DNA of 64,000 nucleotides from positions 1 to 64,000 of IMG/VR virus record IMGVR_UViG_3300045988_161245. One strand, written 5' to 3'. The DNA comes from a virus. Shown here in pieces: positions 42,572-50,974 of the stretch. Each line of letters begins with the position of its first letter. The first letter of the stretch is position 1. A program made the position numbers and the translations under genes. The notes below the pieces were generated by a model that saw nothing but the letters and a program-made list of their open reading frames with translations, was not told the origin of the DNA and made no database searches.

Positions 42572-42760
42572 TTACTCCCATACCTCATCATTATCTGCTA
42601 ATTCAGCATCAAAAGAAAAAGTGGTTATCCCTGTTTTCTCTTTTACTATTTCAATAGCTTCTTTATAATCATTTGCCTTTACAATGTAAATATAACTTGA
42701 TACATCATCCTCGTATTTTGGGACATCCTTAACGACATATAATTGTTTCATATTCAACAC
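42572..42760 (-). CDS. hypothetical protein (62 aa)
   Basis: ORF track. Confidence 0.55.
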   Translation of the reverse strand: MLNMKQLYVVKDVPKYEDDVSSYIYIVKANDYKEAIEIVKEKTGITTFSFDAELADNDEVWE

Positions 42761-42772
42761 CTCTGTTTCATA

Positions 42773-43006
42773 TTATTCAATATAACATGCAATATCCATC
42801 CCACTTCCACTATAATCATAATTATATGGAAAACTTATCATATTATCCTCAGTTTCAACCTCATAATGAAGTCCATCTTCTTGTTTTACATTCCACGTTT
42901 TGTATTTTTCCTTATCTGAAAAATACCATTCAGCTCCAACGCATTCAACATATACTTTGATTCCGTTCTCTAATTTTTGCACATCTGACAATTCTATTTT
43001 TTTCAT
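42773..43006 (-). CDS. hypothetical protein (77 aa)
   Basis: ORF track; 4-nt overlap with the upstream gene. Confidence 0.55.
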   Translation of the reverse strand: MKKIELSDVQKLENGIKVYVECVGAEWYFSDKEKYKTWNVKQEDGLHYEVETEDNMISFPYNYDYSGSGMDIACYIE

Positions 43007-43365
43007 TTAACATCCCTTTCAAATTTAGACCAATCAACACCAGAATATTTATCTTCAAGTTTTAACATTTTTTTTCTCATATCTGCAACTTTATCAAACT
43101 CGTATCTTTCGTCTCTCTGTGATTGATCAGGATATCTTTTTATTAAAAGAATACCTTTTTTCTTCCCATCTTTATAGGTTCGTCCTAATATTATAAAATT
43201 CTTCTGTTGCTCCCAGTTGTCAATTAAAGCAATTCTTTCTTTTGCACGTTTTTCGAATTCTATAATCTCTAGTTTCTGTTGCTCTATGTCTTGATTAAAT
43301 TTTTCTAAATACTTCTCAAGATCGTTTTTAGTATAAACATATCTATCGTACTGTTCGTAGTTCAT
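43003..43365 (-). CDS. hypothetical protein (120 aa)
   Basis: ORF track; preceded by a TGGTATGAT extended -10 at 43414-43422. Confidence 0.6.
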   Translation of the reverse strand: MNYEQYDRYVYTKNDLEKYLEKFNQDIEQQKLEIIEFEKRAKERIALIDNWEQQKNFIILGRTYKDGKKKGILLIKRYPDQSQRDERYEFDKVADMRKKMLKLEDKYSGVDWSKFERDVK

Positions 43366-43413
43366 TTAACCACTTCCTCTAAAACTTTGATTTTACCAAC
43401 TTGAATTACTTCC

Positions 43414-43442
43414 ATCATACCATAATTTCCCTTACATTGCCA
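43414..43442 (-). promoter_or_regulatory. promoter with extended -10 TGGTATGAT
   Basis: Same motif as at 45878-45886 and 12233-12241; weak -35 (TGGCAA). Confidence 0.4.
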
Positions 43443-43650
43443 TACCGCATCTCTTGCAAGTGTCACGAAATGTTTTCCAGTTCATATTGCCAATCGGAGC
43501 TATTACCAACTCCGATCTGCCTTTCTTCTTATATATATTATGATTATTTGTCCTGACTATGTACCACCCATTTGCATTGAATATCTTTTCAACCTGGCGT
43601 GGTTTTAAGTCTCCCTTGTTTCTTAATATATCATCTAAACTTTTGCTCAT
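43432..43650 (-). CDS. HicA-like small protein (possible mRNA interferase toxin)
   Basis: KIFNANGWYIVRTNNHNIYKKKGRSELVIAP...CKRCG fits the HicA pattern G...R..gsH......gr...v.P; abuts the integrase stop. Confidence 0.45.
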   Translation of the reverse strand: MSKSLDDILRNKGDLKPRQVEKIFNANGWYIVRTNNHNIYKKKGRSELVIAPIGNMNWKTFRDTCKRCGMAM

Positions 43651-44673
43651 TTAATCATCTCCATATAAATCTTCTACTGCGTCAGCAATTTCTCTTCTCT
43701 GCTGAACTGTATCATCCAAATATTTCTGTGTTGCTGCTAAACTCTTTTGTCCAAGTAATTGCTGTACCGCTCTAGCATTACCGGTTTTTAAATAATAATT
43801 CGTTCCGGTTGAACTACGCATTGTATGTGGGACAATTCTTTTTTCTTTATTAATGTCACCGGCATATGCTCTTAGTATCCTTCCAACTGTTTTTTGAGAA
43901 ATTCTACCAGACTTATTTGAAATAAATAGCGCAGGACTTTCTACTCCATTTTCTCTAACATATTCATTTCGCTTCTGAACCCAACTTTGAAGTATCTTAA
44001 TTGTACCATCACTGAGGCGGACATGCCTTGGTTTATTTCCCTTTTCAATAACACTCAAAGACTTGTCTTCCCAATTAATATCATCAATATTAATTGATAT
44101 TATTGCAGAAACACGCAGAGCCTTGTGGAATCCAAGGTTAATTATAGCTTCGTCTCTCTCATTCCACTGAGAAAGATATAATCTACTTCTTTTAGTGTTT
44201 CCGGAAGATACATTTTTTTCAATCTCTTTTACCTCATCAACATCTAGGTATACTTTTTTCTTCATTCTCTCATTACTTGGAGTTTTAATTTTTCTCATTG
44301 GATTTTTACTGATATGATCCCCATCTTCCAAAAACTTAAAAAAGCAATTTAAAGAAAAATATCTAATATATTTATAAGAATCAGAAATTTTTCCATTTTT
44401 CATAATTATATGATTATCATCGTCTACAATATACTTTCTTATAGTTTCTATATTTAATCTTCCAATATCATCTATAGTTTCCGTTGGATATCCAGAATCT
44501 TTTAGATAATGTACTAACCTTATTACATTATTGATATAATTTAATCGTGTCTTTGCTGTTTTATCATCTGCAATCATAAATACATTAAACAATTCCATGT
44601 ATTCTGGTTCATTTTTTAGGAGCCGATTAATGTTATTTATATACTTAACTTCAATCTCCATTCTACCTATCAT
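43651..44673 (-). CDS. int: tyrosine recombinase / phage integrase (XerC/D-like)
   Basis: N-terminal SAM-like domain; HKALRVSAI (R), HTMRSSTGT (H-x-x-R), LGQKSLAATQKYL (catalytic Y). Confidence 0.85.
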   Translation of the reverse strand: MIGRMEIEVKYINNINRLLKNEPEYMELFNVFMIADDKTAKTRLNYINNVIRLVHYLKDSGYPTETIDDIGRLNIETIRKYIVDDDNHIIMKNGKISDSYKYIRYFSLNCFFKFLEDGDHISKNPMRKIKTPSNERMKKKVYLDVDEVKEIEKNVSSGNTKRSRLYLSQWNERDEAIINLGFHKALRVSAIISINIDDINWEDKSLSVIEKGNKPRHVRLSDGTIKILQSWVQKRNEYVRENGVESPALFISNKSGRISQKTVGRILRAYAGDINKEKRIVPHTMRSSTGTNYYLKTGNARAVQQLLGQKSLAATQKYLDDTVQQRREIADAVEDLYGDD

Positions 44674-44688
44674 TTATATCACCTCACT

Positions 44689-44997
44689 TTATATTACCAA
44701 TTTGCTTATTCCCTGGTAGTTCATATGATAATCCAATATTTTTTCTTTCATATCTACAATCATATCTTCTAATTCATCATCAATTTCATCCTCTTTATAT
44801 TTTTTCAAAATATCATTTGCTACATCAGCAATTTCTTCCCATTCACAAAGCGTTTCTTCGTTAACACTTGTAGGACGAAATGTTGTTCGCATTTGTAGTT
44901 CCAGTAATCTATCCTTTACACATTCACACATTCTTATGATGAAAGCTTTATTTGTGCATTCTGAATTGGCAGCATGTAATAATTTTATATTCTTCAT
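44689..44997 (-). CDS. hypothetical protein (102 aa)
   Basis: ORF track. Confidence 0.55.
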   Translation of the reverse strand: MKNIKLLHAANSECTNKAFIIRMCECVKDRLLELQMRTTFRPTSVNEETLCEWEEIADVANDILKKYKEDEIDDELEDMIVDMKEKILDYHMNYQGISKLVI

Positions 44998-45021
44998 TTC
45001 GCTTATACCTCCGGTTTTCTT

Positions 45022-45057
45022 AAATACAAAAACAGCCTACATTTATGTAAGCTGTTT
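45022..45057 (-). terminator. rho-independent terminator after gene 45070-45831
   Basis: About 12-bp stem AAACAGCUUACA/UGUAGGCUGUUU followed by UUGUAUUUA. Confidence 0.6.
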
Positions 45058-45069
45058 CTATTATAAATA

Positions 45070-45831
45070 TTATTTTTTATTATATGGAAGTCCATGTGTG
45101 GCTCTATAATATCGCTCTGCTGCAAATTGCCTTTGTTTATAATCTTTATAAACGTCACAAAGATACCAAACCCAAATTAATACAATAAAAGGTGCAAATA
45201 TTGTAATAAGAAGTATTCCGGATACAACAAGTAATCCTAATCCTATTTTAATCTGATCGGTTGTGAAAATAGGAATATTTGTATAACAATCTGGGTTACA
45301 AAATTCCGCTGGTTTTCCTGTTCCATCCGTTGACAATACACCGGCTTCTATAGCTGCTTTCCTCAAAGCTTCATTGTATTTTTTCTGCTTCTTTTCCTCT
45401 ACATATTTTTCGTAGTCAATTTTACATTTTTCAGTTGGGAACCAATAATCATCTGTTGTTGATGGAGCATATGCATGTATAGGTGGTTTAGTCTTTTTCC
45501 CATCGTATACAAGATAACCTGCATCTATGTATGGTTGTGCATTTTTTACAAATAAAAGTTCCTTAAAAAACTCTTTTTCTTCATTTGTCATAACACCTTT
45601 ATTGAATTCTAAACATTCATGTTTTAAAATGTCCATCTCATAGTCGTCTGTTGTGCAGCCATAAATAAGCCTAAACTTTGAGTACCCAAACTCTCTTTTT
45701 TTACCTTTTTCAAACATTTCTGCAAATTGTTCTAGTTGAGATGCTAATATTTTCTTATTACTACTCAAGAAATCATCAGAATCGTAAAAAAAGATATGAT
45801 CAAACCGATCATCATTTGCATAATGTGACAT
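45070..45831 (-). CDS. membrane-anchored protein (253 aa, C-terminal TM helix)
   Basis: IGLGLLVVSGILLITIFAPFIVLIWVWYL near the C-terminus. Confidence 0.6.
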   Translation of the reverse strand: MSHYANDDRFDHIFFYDSDDFLSSNKKILASQLEQFAEMFEKGKKREFGYSKFRLIYGCTTDDYEMDILKHECLEFNKGVMTNEEKEFFKELLFVKNAQPYIDAGYLVYDGKKTKPPIHAYAPSTTDDYWFPTEKCKIDYEKYVEEKKQKKYNEALRKAAIEAGVLSTDGTGKPAEFCNPDCYTNIPIFTTDQIKIGLGLLVVSGILLITIFAPFIVLIWVWYLCDVYKDYKQRQFAAERYYRATHGLPYNKK

Positions 45832-45877
45832 TTTCTTTCCTCCATTCCAATTATTTCACGTACAGTTAATTTCTTAA

Positions 45878-45906
45878 ATCATACCACATTTATCTCATAT
45901 TGTCAG
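45878..45906 (-). promoter_or_regulatory. promoter CTGACA-17 nt-TGgTATGAT
   Basis: -35 at 45906-45901 and extended -10 at 45886-45878, read on the minus strand. Confidence 0.55.
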
Positions 45907-45930
45907 TAGATTTCTCTTGTAAAATCCAAC

Positions 45931-45965
45931 TTTTACAAAAGCGACCAGAAATTAATCTGATCGCT
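45931..45965 (-). terminator. rho-independent terminator
   Basis: 9-bp stem AGCGAUCAG/CUGGUCGCU followed by UUUUGUAAAA. Confidence 0.55.
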
Positions 45966-45968
45966 TAT

Positions 45969-46085
45969 CTACTCGTTTTTAGGTTTCAATCCCATTCGCT
46001 GCCGAATCACATCTTCTTCAATCATATCTGTGTTTGCCTTAATAGTCCATCCATCAACTTCTATGATAATATCTATGTCATCCAT
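45969..46085 (-). CDS. small hypothetical protein (38 aa, below ORF-track cutoff)
   Basis: Hand-translated MDDIDIIIEVDGWTIKANTD...; GAGG upstream; followed directly by a terminator. Confidence 0.4.
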   Translation of the reverse strand: MDDIDIIIEVDGWTIKANTDMIEEDVIRQRMGLKPKNE

Positions 46086-46088
46086 GTA

Positions 46089-46358
46089 TTAATCCTCGCT
46101 AAAATTATTACTCCACATAACACTTCCTGTATTATTGCAATTAAGCTCTATTTTATATTTCTCTTTGAACCATAATTTTAACCAATCGAAAAATTCTTTT
46201 GTTGGGTTGACAATAAAACTATCAACGCAATTCATACTTGGAAGTGTAATTTCCATTGAACTTATAATCATATCATCAACAAATTTATATCTAAATGGAC
46301 AACCTTTAATAGCTAATTCAATATTTAGGTTCATTACCATTTCCTTTGTAATCTTCAT
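46089..46358 (-). CDS. hypothetical protein (89 aa)
   Basis: ORF track. Confidence 0.55.
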   Translation of the reverse strand: MKITKEMVMNLNIELAIKGCPFRYKFVDDMIISSMEITLPSMNCVDSFIVNPTKEFFDWLKLWFKEKYKIELNCNNTGSVMWSNNFSED

Positions 46359-46394
46359 TTAATCATCTCCATTCTTCACCTTGAAAGCAATTTT

Positions 46395-46790
46395 TCAACT
46401 ATTCATTTTCCATTTTTTAATATTAAACAATTCTTTTAGGATAACTTTTTTAATGTCAAATATTCCGTTCTCCCAAACATCCATCTCTCCGTATTCATTA
46501 AATCCAGATGTGCGGATTTCTCCATTATCCATGCAGTTAATACATTTCAAAATATCACAGTGTCCAGTTCTTGCTCCCCATAACCTAACAGAATCTAATA
46601 CAACTTCAGAGTATGTGGTTATAATCAAATCTTCATTTGCTTTAAAATACGTATCACATAATTTCAAAATTTTTTCAGATAGTTTATAAGGATGTAATGT
46701 GCTTTGTTCTGGAAAATACTTTACATGTTCATAATTCCCTGCAAGATATAAACTTCCATTTCGTTGACCTGTAACAATGATTATTTCCAT
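46395..46790 (-). CDS. P-loop-less fragment resembling the C-terminal third of an ABC-type (AAA_21/DUF3696-like) ATPase
   Basis: YFPEQSTLHP (degenerate Walker B-LHP), DLIITTYSEVVLD (H-loop with Tyr for His), GEMDVWENGIFD tail; no Walker A. Confidence 0.4.
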   Translation of the reverse strand: MEIIIVTGQRNGSLYLAGNYEHVKYFPEQSTLHPYKLSEKILKLCDTYFKANEDLIITTYSEVVLDSVRLWGARTGHCDILKCINCMDNGEIRTSGFNEYGEMDVWENGIFDIKKVILKELFNIKKWKMNS

Positions 46791-46811
46791 TATGTCACCT
46801 CTTTAAAACTC

Positions 46812-46991
46812 TCATTTTATGTCATTCAAAAACGTTAAGTCTAGATTTTTAATTTCTGCATTAAATCCATTTTCACATCTTTGTATTGAAACATTCTGTT
46901 CAATAGTTTCCCATAACTTTTTATTTTTGCGTATTGTTTCCTTTGATGGACGAAATATTGAGTTATATTCTATGTATATTGAGTTATTCAT
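46812..46991 (-). CDS. hypothetical protein (59 aa, below ORF-track cutoff)
   Basis: Hand-translated MNNSIYIEYNSIFRPSKETIRK...; start overlaps the upstream stop. Confidence 0.45.
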   Translation of the reverse strand: MNNSIYIEYNSIFRPSKETIRKNKKLWETIEQNVSIQRCENGFNAEIKNLDLTFLNDIK

Positions 46992-47463
46992 CTTTACCCC
47001 AGTAAGTCTTTACAAATCCCTGTTCTGGATCTCTATAACTTCTACCTTCACATTCTTCATAAGCTCTGTTATAGGATGCCGAAACAAGTTTTAATGGGAA
47101 TTTCAATTTATCAATATCTTTATCATCGCATCCAATACAAATTCCTTTACATCTATTTGATTGTTTACATGTATTTCCATATTTTATGATTTCTTCCATT
47201 GTTTTTGGATAATGCCCACATTCATACGAATAATCCATACCATCACAACCATTCCAATATGCCAGAATCCCATATAGATCTGCTTCATTTTCTGTCCCAT
47301 GAAAAACATGTCCATAATCATAGTATGTATCTTTGATAAATCCGCCACCAAATTCCTTTGGAATAAGTATCTTGTAGCGATCTCCTTTAGTGAGATTACT
47401 TCTCTTTGTAGTTCTATCTGCTCTTAACCAACTAAAGCTTCCCATTATTCTGCCTCCGCTCAT
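46984..47463 (-). CDS. hypothetical protein (159 aa)
   Basis: ORF track; ATGA overlap with the upstream gene. Confidence 0.6.
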   Translation of the reverse strand: MSGGRIMGSFSWLRADRTTKRSNLTKGDRYKILIPKEFGGGFIKDTYYDYGHVFHGTENEADLYGILAYWNGCDGMDYSYECGHYPKTMEEIIKYGNTCKQSNRCKGICIGCDDKDIDKLKFPLKLVSASYNRAYEECEGRSYRDPEQGFVKTYWGKDE

Positions 47464-47663
47464 TTTATACTATTGTAATCATTAATCAATTTTCTTGTAT
47501 ACTCGATCATGGAAATAATTTTAAGATTTCCCTTAGCCAGATTCTCATTAAGCCATGCGTGAAAATTATTTTCTTTTATATTTAGTATTTGTAGGTAAAA
47601 TATTTTTAATTTCTCTTCTGTGAAAACAGCACCATCAAAAGTACGTTTATAATAATTTTCCAT
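47460..47663 (-). CDS. hypothetical protein (67 aa)
   Basis: ORF track. Confidence 0.55.
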   Translation of the reverse strand: MENYYKRTFDGAVFTEEKLKIFYLQILNIKENNFHAWLNENLAKGNLKIISMIEYTRKLINDYNSIK

Positions 47664-47684
47664 TCTTAATTCTTAATACCTCCA

Positions 47685-48203
47685 TCATTTTACTGGTTCA
47701 ATGACAATTTTGTTTGCGACATATCTTCTCTCTCCCGGTTTAATATTCCAGTTTTCATCAAATATACCATCAAGTATCTGCTGTTGAAAATAATATTTAC
47801 ACATGCCAGCGTATCCTAAATGTGGTGTTGTTAAAAGTATTTCATCTCCGTACTGGACATTATATGACAAAGCCTCAATGTTTTCCATGTTCTTAGCTTC
47901 GTATTCATCAATCTCGTCCTGGATAGCATCATAATCAACTGTGCCATATCCAATACGATTTCCGTCTTCGTTCTCATAAAGCTGATAAAAAAGCCCTTCA
48001 ACATCAGCTTTTTCTATTTCTTCACTTAGCTCTCTAAAATTGTCTCCATCTATGCAACATTCAAATCTGCCTTCCCAGGGATGATCTACAAAGAATCCGA
48101 GCTGAACACCAACCCCATCATGTGGAGCATTTGGATTATATCTTTCATCCTCACTTGTAACAATCATCACATATTTTTTATTATTATTTCGCTTGTCAAC
48201 CAT
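47685..48203 (-). CDS. hypothetical protein (172 aa)
   Basis: Start set at ATG 48203 with GGAGG 8 nt upstream. Confidence 0.6.
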   Translation of the reverse strand: MVDKRNNNKKYVMIVTSEDERYNPNAPHDGVGVQLGFFVDHPWEGRFECCIDGDNFRELSEEIEKADVEGLFYQLYENEDGNRIGYGTVDYDAIQDEIDEYEAKNMENIEALSYNVQYGDEILLTTPHLGYAGMCKYYFQQQILDGIFDENWNIKPGERRYVANKIVIEPVK

Positions 48204-48205
48204 AA

Positions 48206-48418
48206 TCACACCTCCGAATCAAAAATTTCTTTTATCTGGTCCTCTGTTAATACCCCATCAAATAGTTCCCTTACTGTCCAGTTCTTAGAACTACGTCCTG
48301 TGTAGAAATCTGCATATTTAATACAATTACATGCCAATTTAATAAGTTGATCTCCATCGGATCTTTCCGATGTTGTGTTACTTTTCAAATAGCCAATTAC
48401 CTTATCAAGCCGGTCCAT
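48206..48418 (-). CDS. hypothetical protein (70 aa)
   Basis: Start moved to ATG 48418 (MDRLDKV...) with GAGG 8 nt upstream. Confidence 0.5.
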   Translation of the reverse strand: MDRLDKVIGYLKSNTTSERSDGDQLIKLACNCIKYADFYTGRSSKNWTVRELFDGVLTEDQIKEIFDSEV

Positions 48419-48428
48419 TTTACTTACC

Positions 48429-48749
48429 TCACTCATCTTTGTATTTGAAAAACTTCTCTTTCTGATCATATATTCGTTCCTGGATATCACTTATACCTTT
48501 AATTAAATTTTCATATTTATCATCCAGAAATTCTTGTGCTTTTGATGCAACCAGCTCATCAATAGAATCCTCAATTCTCTTTGCAACTACTGAAAAGTCC
48601 AATTCAATTCCGCCAACTTCAAATTTTACCGGATATGTTCCATCTTTCTCACTTTTAGCCATTTTTAAAATTTTATCATTATCTCCCTTAATCGCGGCGC
48701 AAATTAACCAAAGTTCCATATCGCCATGTTTAGGTTTATAATTCGTCAT
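48429..48749 (-). CDS. hypothetical protein (106 aa)
   Basis: Start set at ATG 48749 with GGAG 9 nt upstream. Confidence 0.55.
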   Translation of the reverse strand: MTNYKPKHGDMELWLICAAIKGDNDKILKMAKSEKDGTYPVKFEVGGIELDFSVVAKRIEDSIDELVASKAQEFLDDKYENLIKGISDIQERIYDQKEKFFKYKDE

Positions 48750-48761
48750 ATTTATCACTCC

Positions 48762-48890
48762 TTATGCAATTTTTTTTAATACGTGTCTAATACTTACTTC
48801 CGTTCTTCCCATCTCTGCAGCAATTTCTTTTGTATTTAATCCACGGTGCTTCATATGTTTTATCCTAACAATTTCATTGTCCGTAAACCT
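48762..48890 (-). CDS. HTH module (42 codons) in frame with, and separated by one TAA from, gene 48891-49325
   Basis: Hand-translated RFTDNEIVRIKHMKHRGLNTKEIAAEMGRTEVSIRHVLKKIA; resembles the N-terminal repeat of the upstream ORF. Confidence 0.4.
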   Translation of the reverse strand, partial: RFTDNEIVRIKHMKHRGLNTKEIAAEMGRTEVSIRHVLKKIA

Positions 48891-49325
48891 TTACCCATGA
48901 CGTTTTGTTTTATATCTCGCTTGCTCAAATTCAACCCAACGTGGTTCTGGAAGAATGGAACATAAATCATAACCAGACCAATTGATTATACTTCGGTGAG
49001 TATCTGCCCATTTCCAAAATTGCTCTGGATCTATCTGATATCTTGTACGGTTTGGCTCTTTTACCTTGATTGCCGGAAGATTGAATTTTTCCACCCATCT
49101 TTTTACCGCTCTCTCATTCGTACTAAAGCATCTTCCAAGCACTCTAGCACTCAGATACCCATCATAATATGTATTGATTCCCATTCTAGCAGCTTTCTTC
49201 CGAACAGATTCAACTGTTCGATTGAGAGCTTTTGCAGTTCGCTTGTTAGGCTGTCGCAAATAATATTTATTCATATATTTCTCTTCTTCAGCTGTCCAAT
49301 ATCTTTTGTCCATTTCAGCCTCCAT
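48891..49325 (-). CDS. DNA-binding protein with Myb/sigma-region-4-like HTH (144 aa)
   Basis: YWTAEEEKYMNKYY...TAKALNRTVESVRKKAARMG. Confidence 0.55.
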   Translation of the reverse strand: MEAEMDKRYWTAEEEKYMNKYYLRQPNKRTAKALNRTVESVRKKAARMGINTYYDGYLSARVLGRCFSTNERAVKRWVEKFNLPAIKVKEPNRTRYQIDPEQFWKWADTHRSIINWSGYDLCSILPEPRWVEFEQARYKTKRHG

Positions 49326-49342
49326 AAAAAGTTGATTTCATA

Positions 49343-49528
49343 TTAATCTTCTACACATATACACAAATCTTCATACCAATTTGTTCCAAAGCTCACCACA
49401 TTGTACTTAGAATATAATTCCATGGCTTTTTTAACAGATCCTGAAAATATTTCCTTTCTATTGTATATTTTTACTGTTCCAAAAGAACCATTTTGTAATG
49501 AAAGCAAATCTCCAACTGTCGTTCCCAT
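49343..49528 (-). CDS. hypothetical protein (61 aa)
   Basis: ORF track. Confidence 0.5.
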   Translation of the reverse strand: MGTTVGDLLSLQNGSFGTVKIYNRKEIFSGSVKKAMELYSKYNVVSFGTNWYEDLCICVED

Positions 49529-49555
49529 TTTTGCTACCTCCGTAAAAACTCGATT

Positions 49556-49930
49556 TTATCTTTCTGAAATATATTTCTGAATATAATCATCTGCTTCTTT
49601 TTCTGTCATCATTTCAGTAGTTGAAGCGCTGCCATCTGTCATTTCTTCAAAAATACATTCCGCAATAATCTGATCAGAATAATCATCATAAATTTCTCTT
49701 AATGATTCAATAGAATCGTAATATCCAGAAATATTACATTCCTTTTCATACTCTGTATAATCATCGAGATCGACCAAAGCAGTTTTTACTGTATATTTTT
49801 TATCCGGATATCCAGGATCTCCCTTACAAATATCTAACCATACCTTTTCTATGAAACTATATGTTCCATCTGAATTTATCTTAGAATATTGACTGCTATC
49901 TGAATCTGTACAAACCCATTCTTCTCTCAT
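49556..49930 (-). CDS. acidic hypothetical protein (124 aa)
   Basis: ORF track. Confidence 0.6.
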   Translation of the reverse strand: MREEWVCTDSDSSQYSKINSDGTYSFIEKVWLDICKGDPGYPDKKYTVKTALVDLDDYTEYEKECNISGYYDSIESLREIYDDYSDQIIAECIFEEMTDGSASTTEMMTEKEADDYIQKYISER

Positions 49931-49943
49931 TTAATCACCTTTT

Positions 49944-50159
49944 TCAAATTACATCCCATAACATTTTCATATCTGGATGGCTATAACCAATGTAAGCAAG
50001 TGCCTGGTTAATTCCTTGGGCATAGCTTTGTTTCTGATCGGCAAACCTCATCTGTGTAGCAGATATATTGGTTCGCTTAAAAACATCTTGCGCTTCTCTT
50101 CCGTTCCTAATTCCTTCCCACATAAGTTTGTGACATTTTTGTTTTTCCAATTCAGTCAT
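49944..50159 (-). CDS. hypothetical protein (71 aa)
   Basis: ORF track. Confidence 0.55.
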   Translation of the reverse strand: MTELEKQKCHKLMWEGIRNGREAQDVFKRTNISATQMRFADQKQSYAQGINQALAYIGYSHPDMKMLWDVI

Positions 50160-50171
50160 ACTTTAATTACC

Positions 50172-50453
50172 TCACCATTCATATGTTTTAAATCCATTCT
50201 CAATCGGACCATCGGAATCAAGACAGATCCAATCTACTCCACATCCAATTGCAAAAGCAATTATTGTTTCAATATCTTCCGGAAGATTCATTTCTTCATA
50301 ATCAAAATCATCTGGCACATAAACAAAATATCCACCAGTTTTTTCATACACACATAATCCCTCAGTCGGTTCTTTTACTTGCCCTATTAACCATTTGTCT
50401 GTTTCTTTTGAAATATGCGCTGTACTCAGTGTCCACATTTTTGCAATTTCCAT
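50172..50453 (-). CDS. hypothetical protein (93 aa)
   Basis: ORF track. Confidence 0.6.
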   Translation of the reverse strand: MEIAKMWTLSTAHISKETDKWLIGQVKEPTEGLCVYEKTGGYFVYVPDDFDYEEMNLPEDIETIIAFAIGCGVDWICLDSDGPIENGFKTYEW

Positions 50454-50455
50454 TG

Positions 50456-50782
50456 TTAACCCTCCTTTAATCCAAGTTTTGCAAAGAAATCGTCAACCAT
50501 CTTATCTGATTCTTCTGCTTTTCTCTTTTCTTTTTCAAGTGCATTGTAAATGTCTTTAATTACGTCATTTTGATATCTGTAATCCAGTGACTCTGAATTT
50601 CCATTGTCAGAAAAGTGTGTTTCATACAAGGGTATGCAGCTTCTTCCAATCCGAACGCATTCTACATTATTCCAATAACCACATCGTGTATAATCAATTT
50701 CAAATCCTACTTTCTGAAGCTTTTTCATAAAAGTGTCATTTACTTTCCGGTCCTTTTTTAAATACTCAATTGTCTCTTTCAT
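50456..50782 (-). CDS. hypothetical protein (108 aa)
   Basis: ORF track. Confidence 0.6.
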   Translation of the reverse strand: MKETIEYLKKDRKVNDTFMKKLQKVGFEIDYTRCGYWNNVECVRIGRSCIPLYETHFSDNGNSESLDYRYQNDVIKDIYNALEKEKRKAEESDKMVDDFFAKLGLKEG

Positions 50783-50797
50783 CTATATCTTCTCCTT

Positions 50798-50974
50798 TCA
50801 AATAATTCCGTTCTCACGAAATTCATTTACCAATCCATATCGTTTTGCCTTTGTACTAAAAAACTCCTGCCATTGGAGTAATTCCGACCAGGAGTAATTG
50901 TTGTTTCCAAAATCCGACTGCCAATCTGCAGCCAGATCACGTATTTTATTTTTCGCTTGCTGATATTTAGTCAT
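50798..50974 (-). CDS. hypothetical protein (58 aa)
   Basis: Start moved to ATG 50974 (MTKYQQAK...); the track start overlaps the upstream gene by 110 nt. Confidence 0.5.
   Translation of the reverse strand: MTKYQQAKNKIRDLAADWQSDFGNNNYSWSELLQWQEFFSTKAKRYGLVNEFRENGII

Noticed and set aside
49201-49220. CGAAC-N10-GTTCG inverted repeat
   Set aside because: The spacing is wrong for a LexA box, and it lies within gene 48891-49325.
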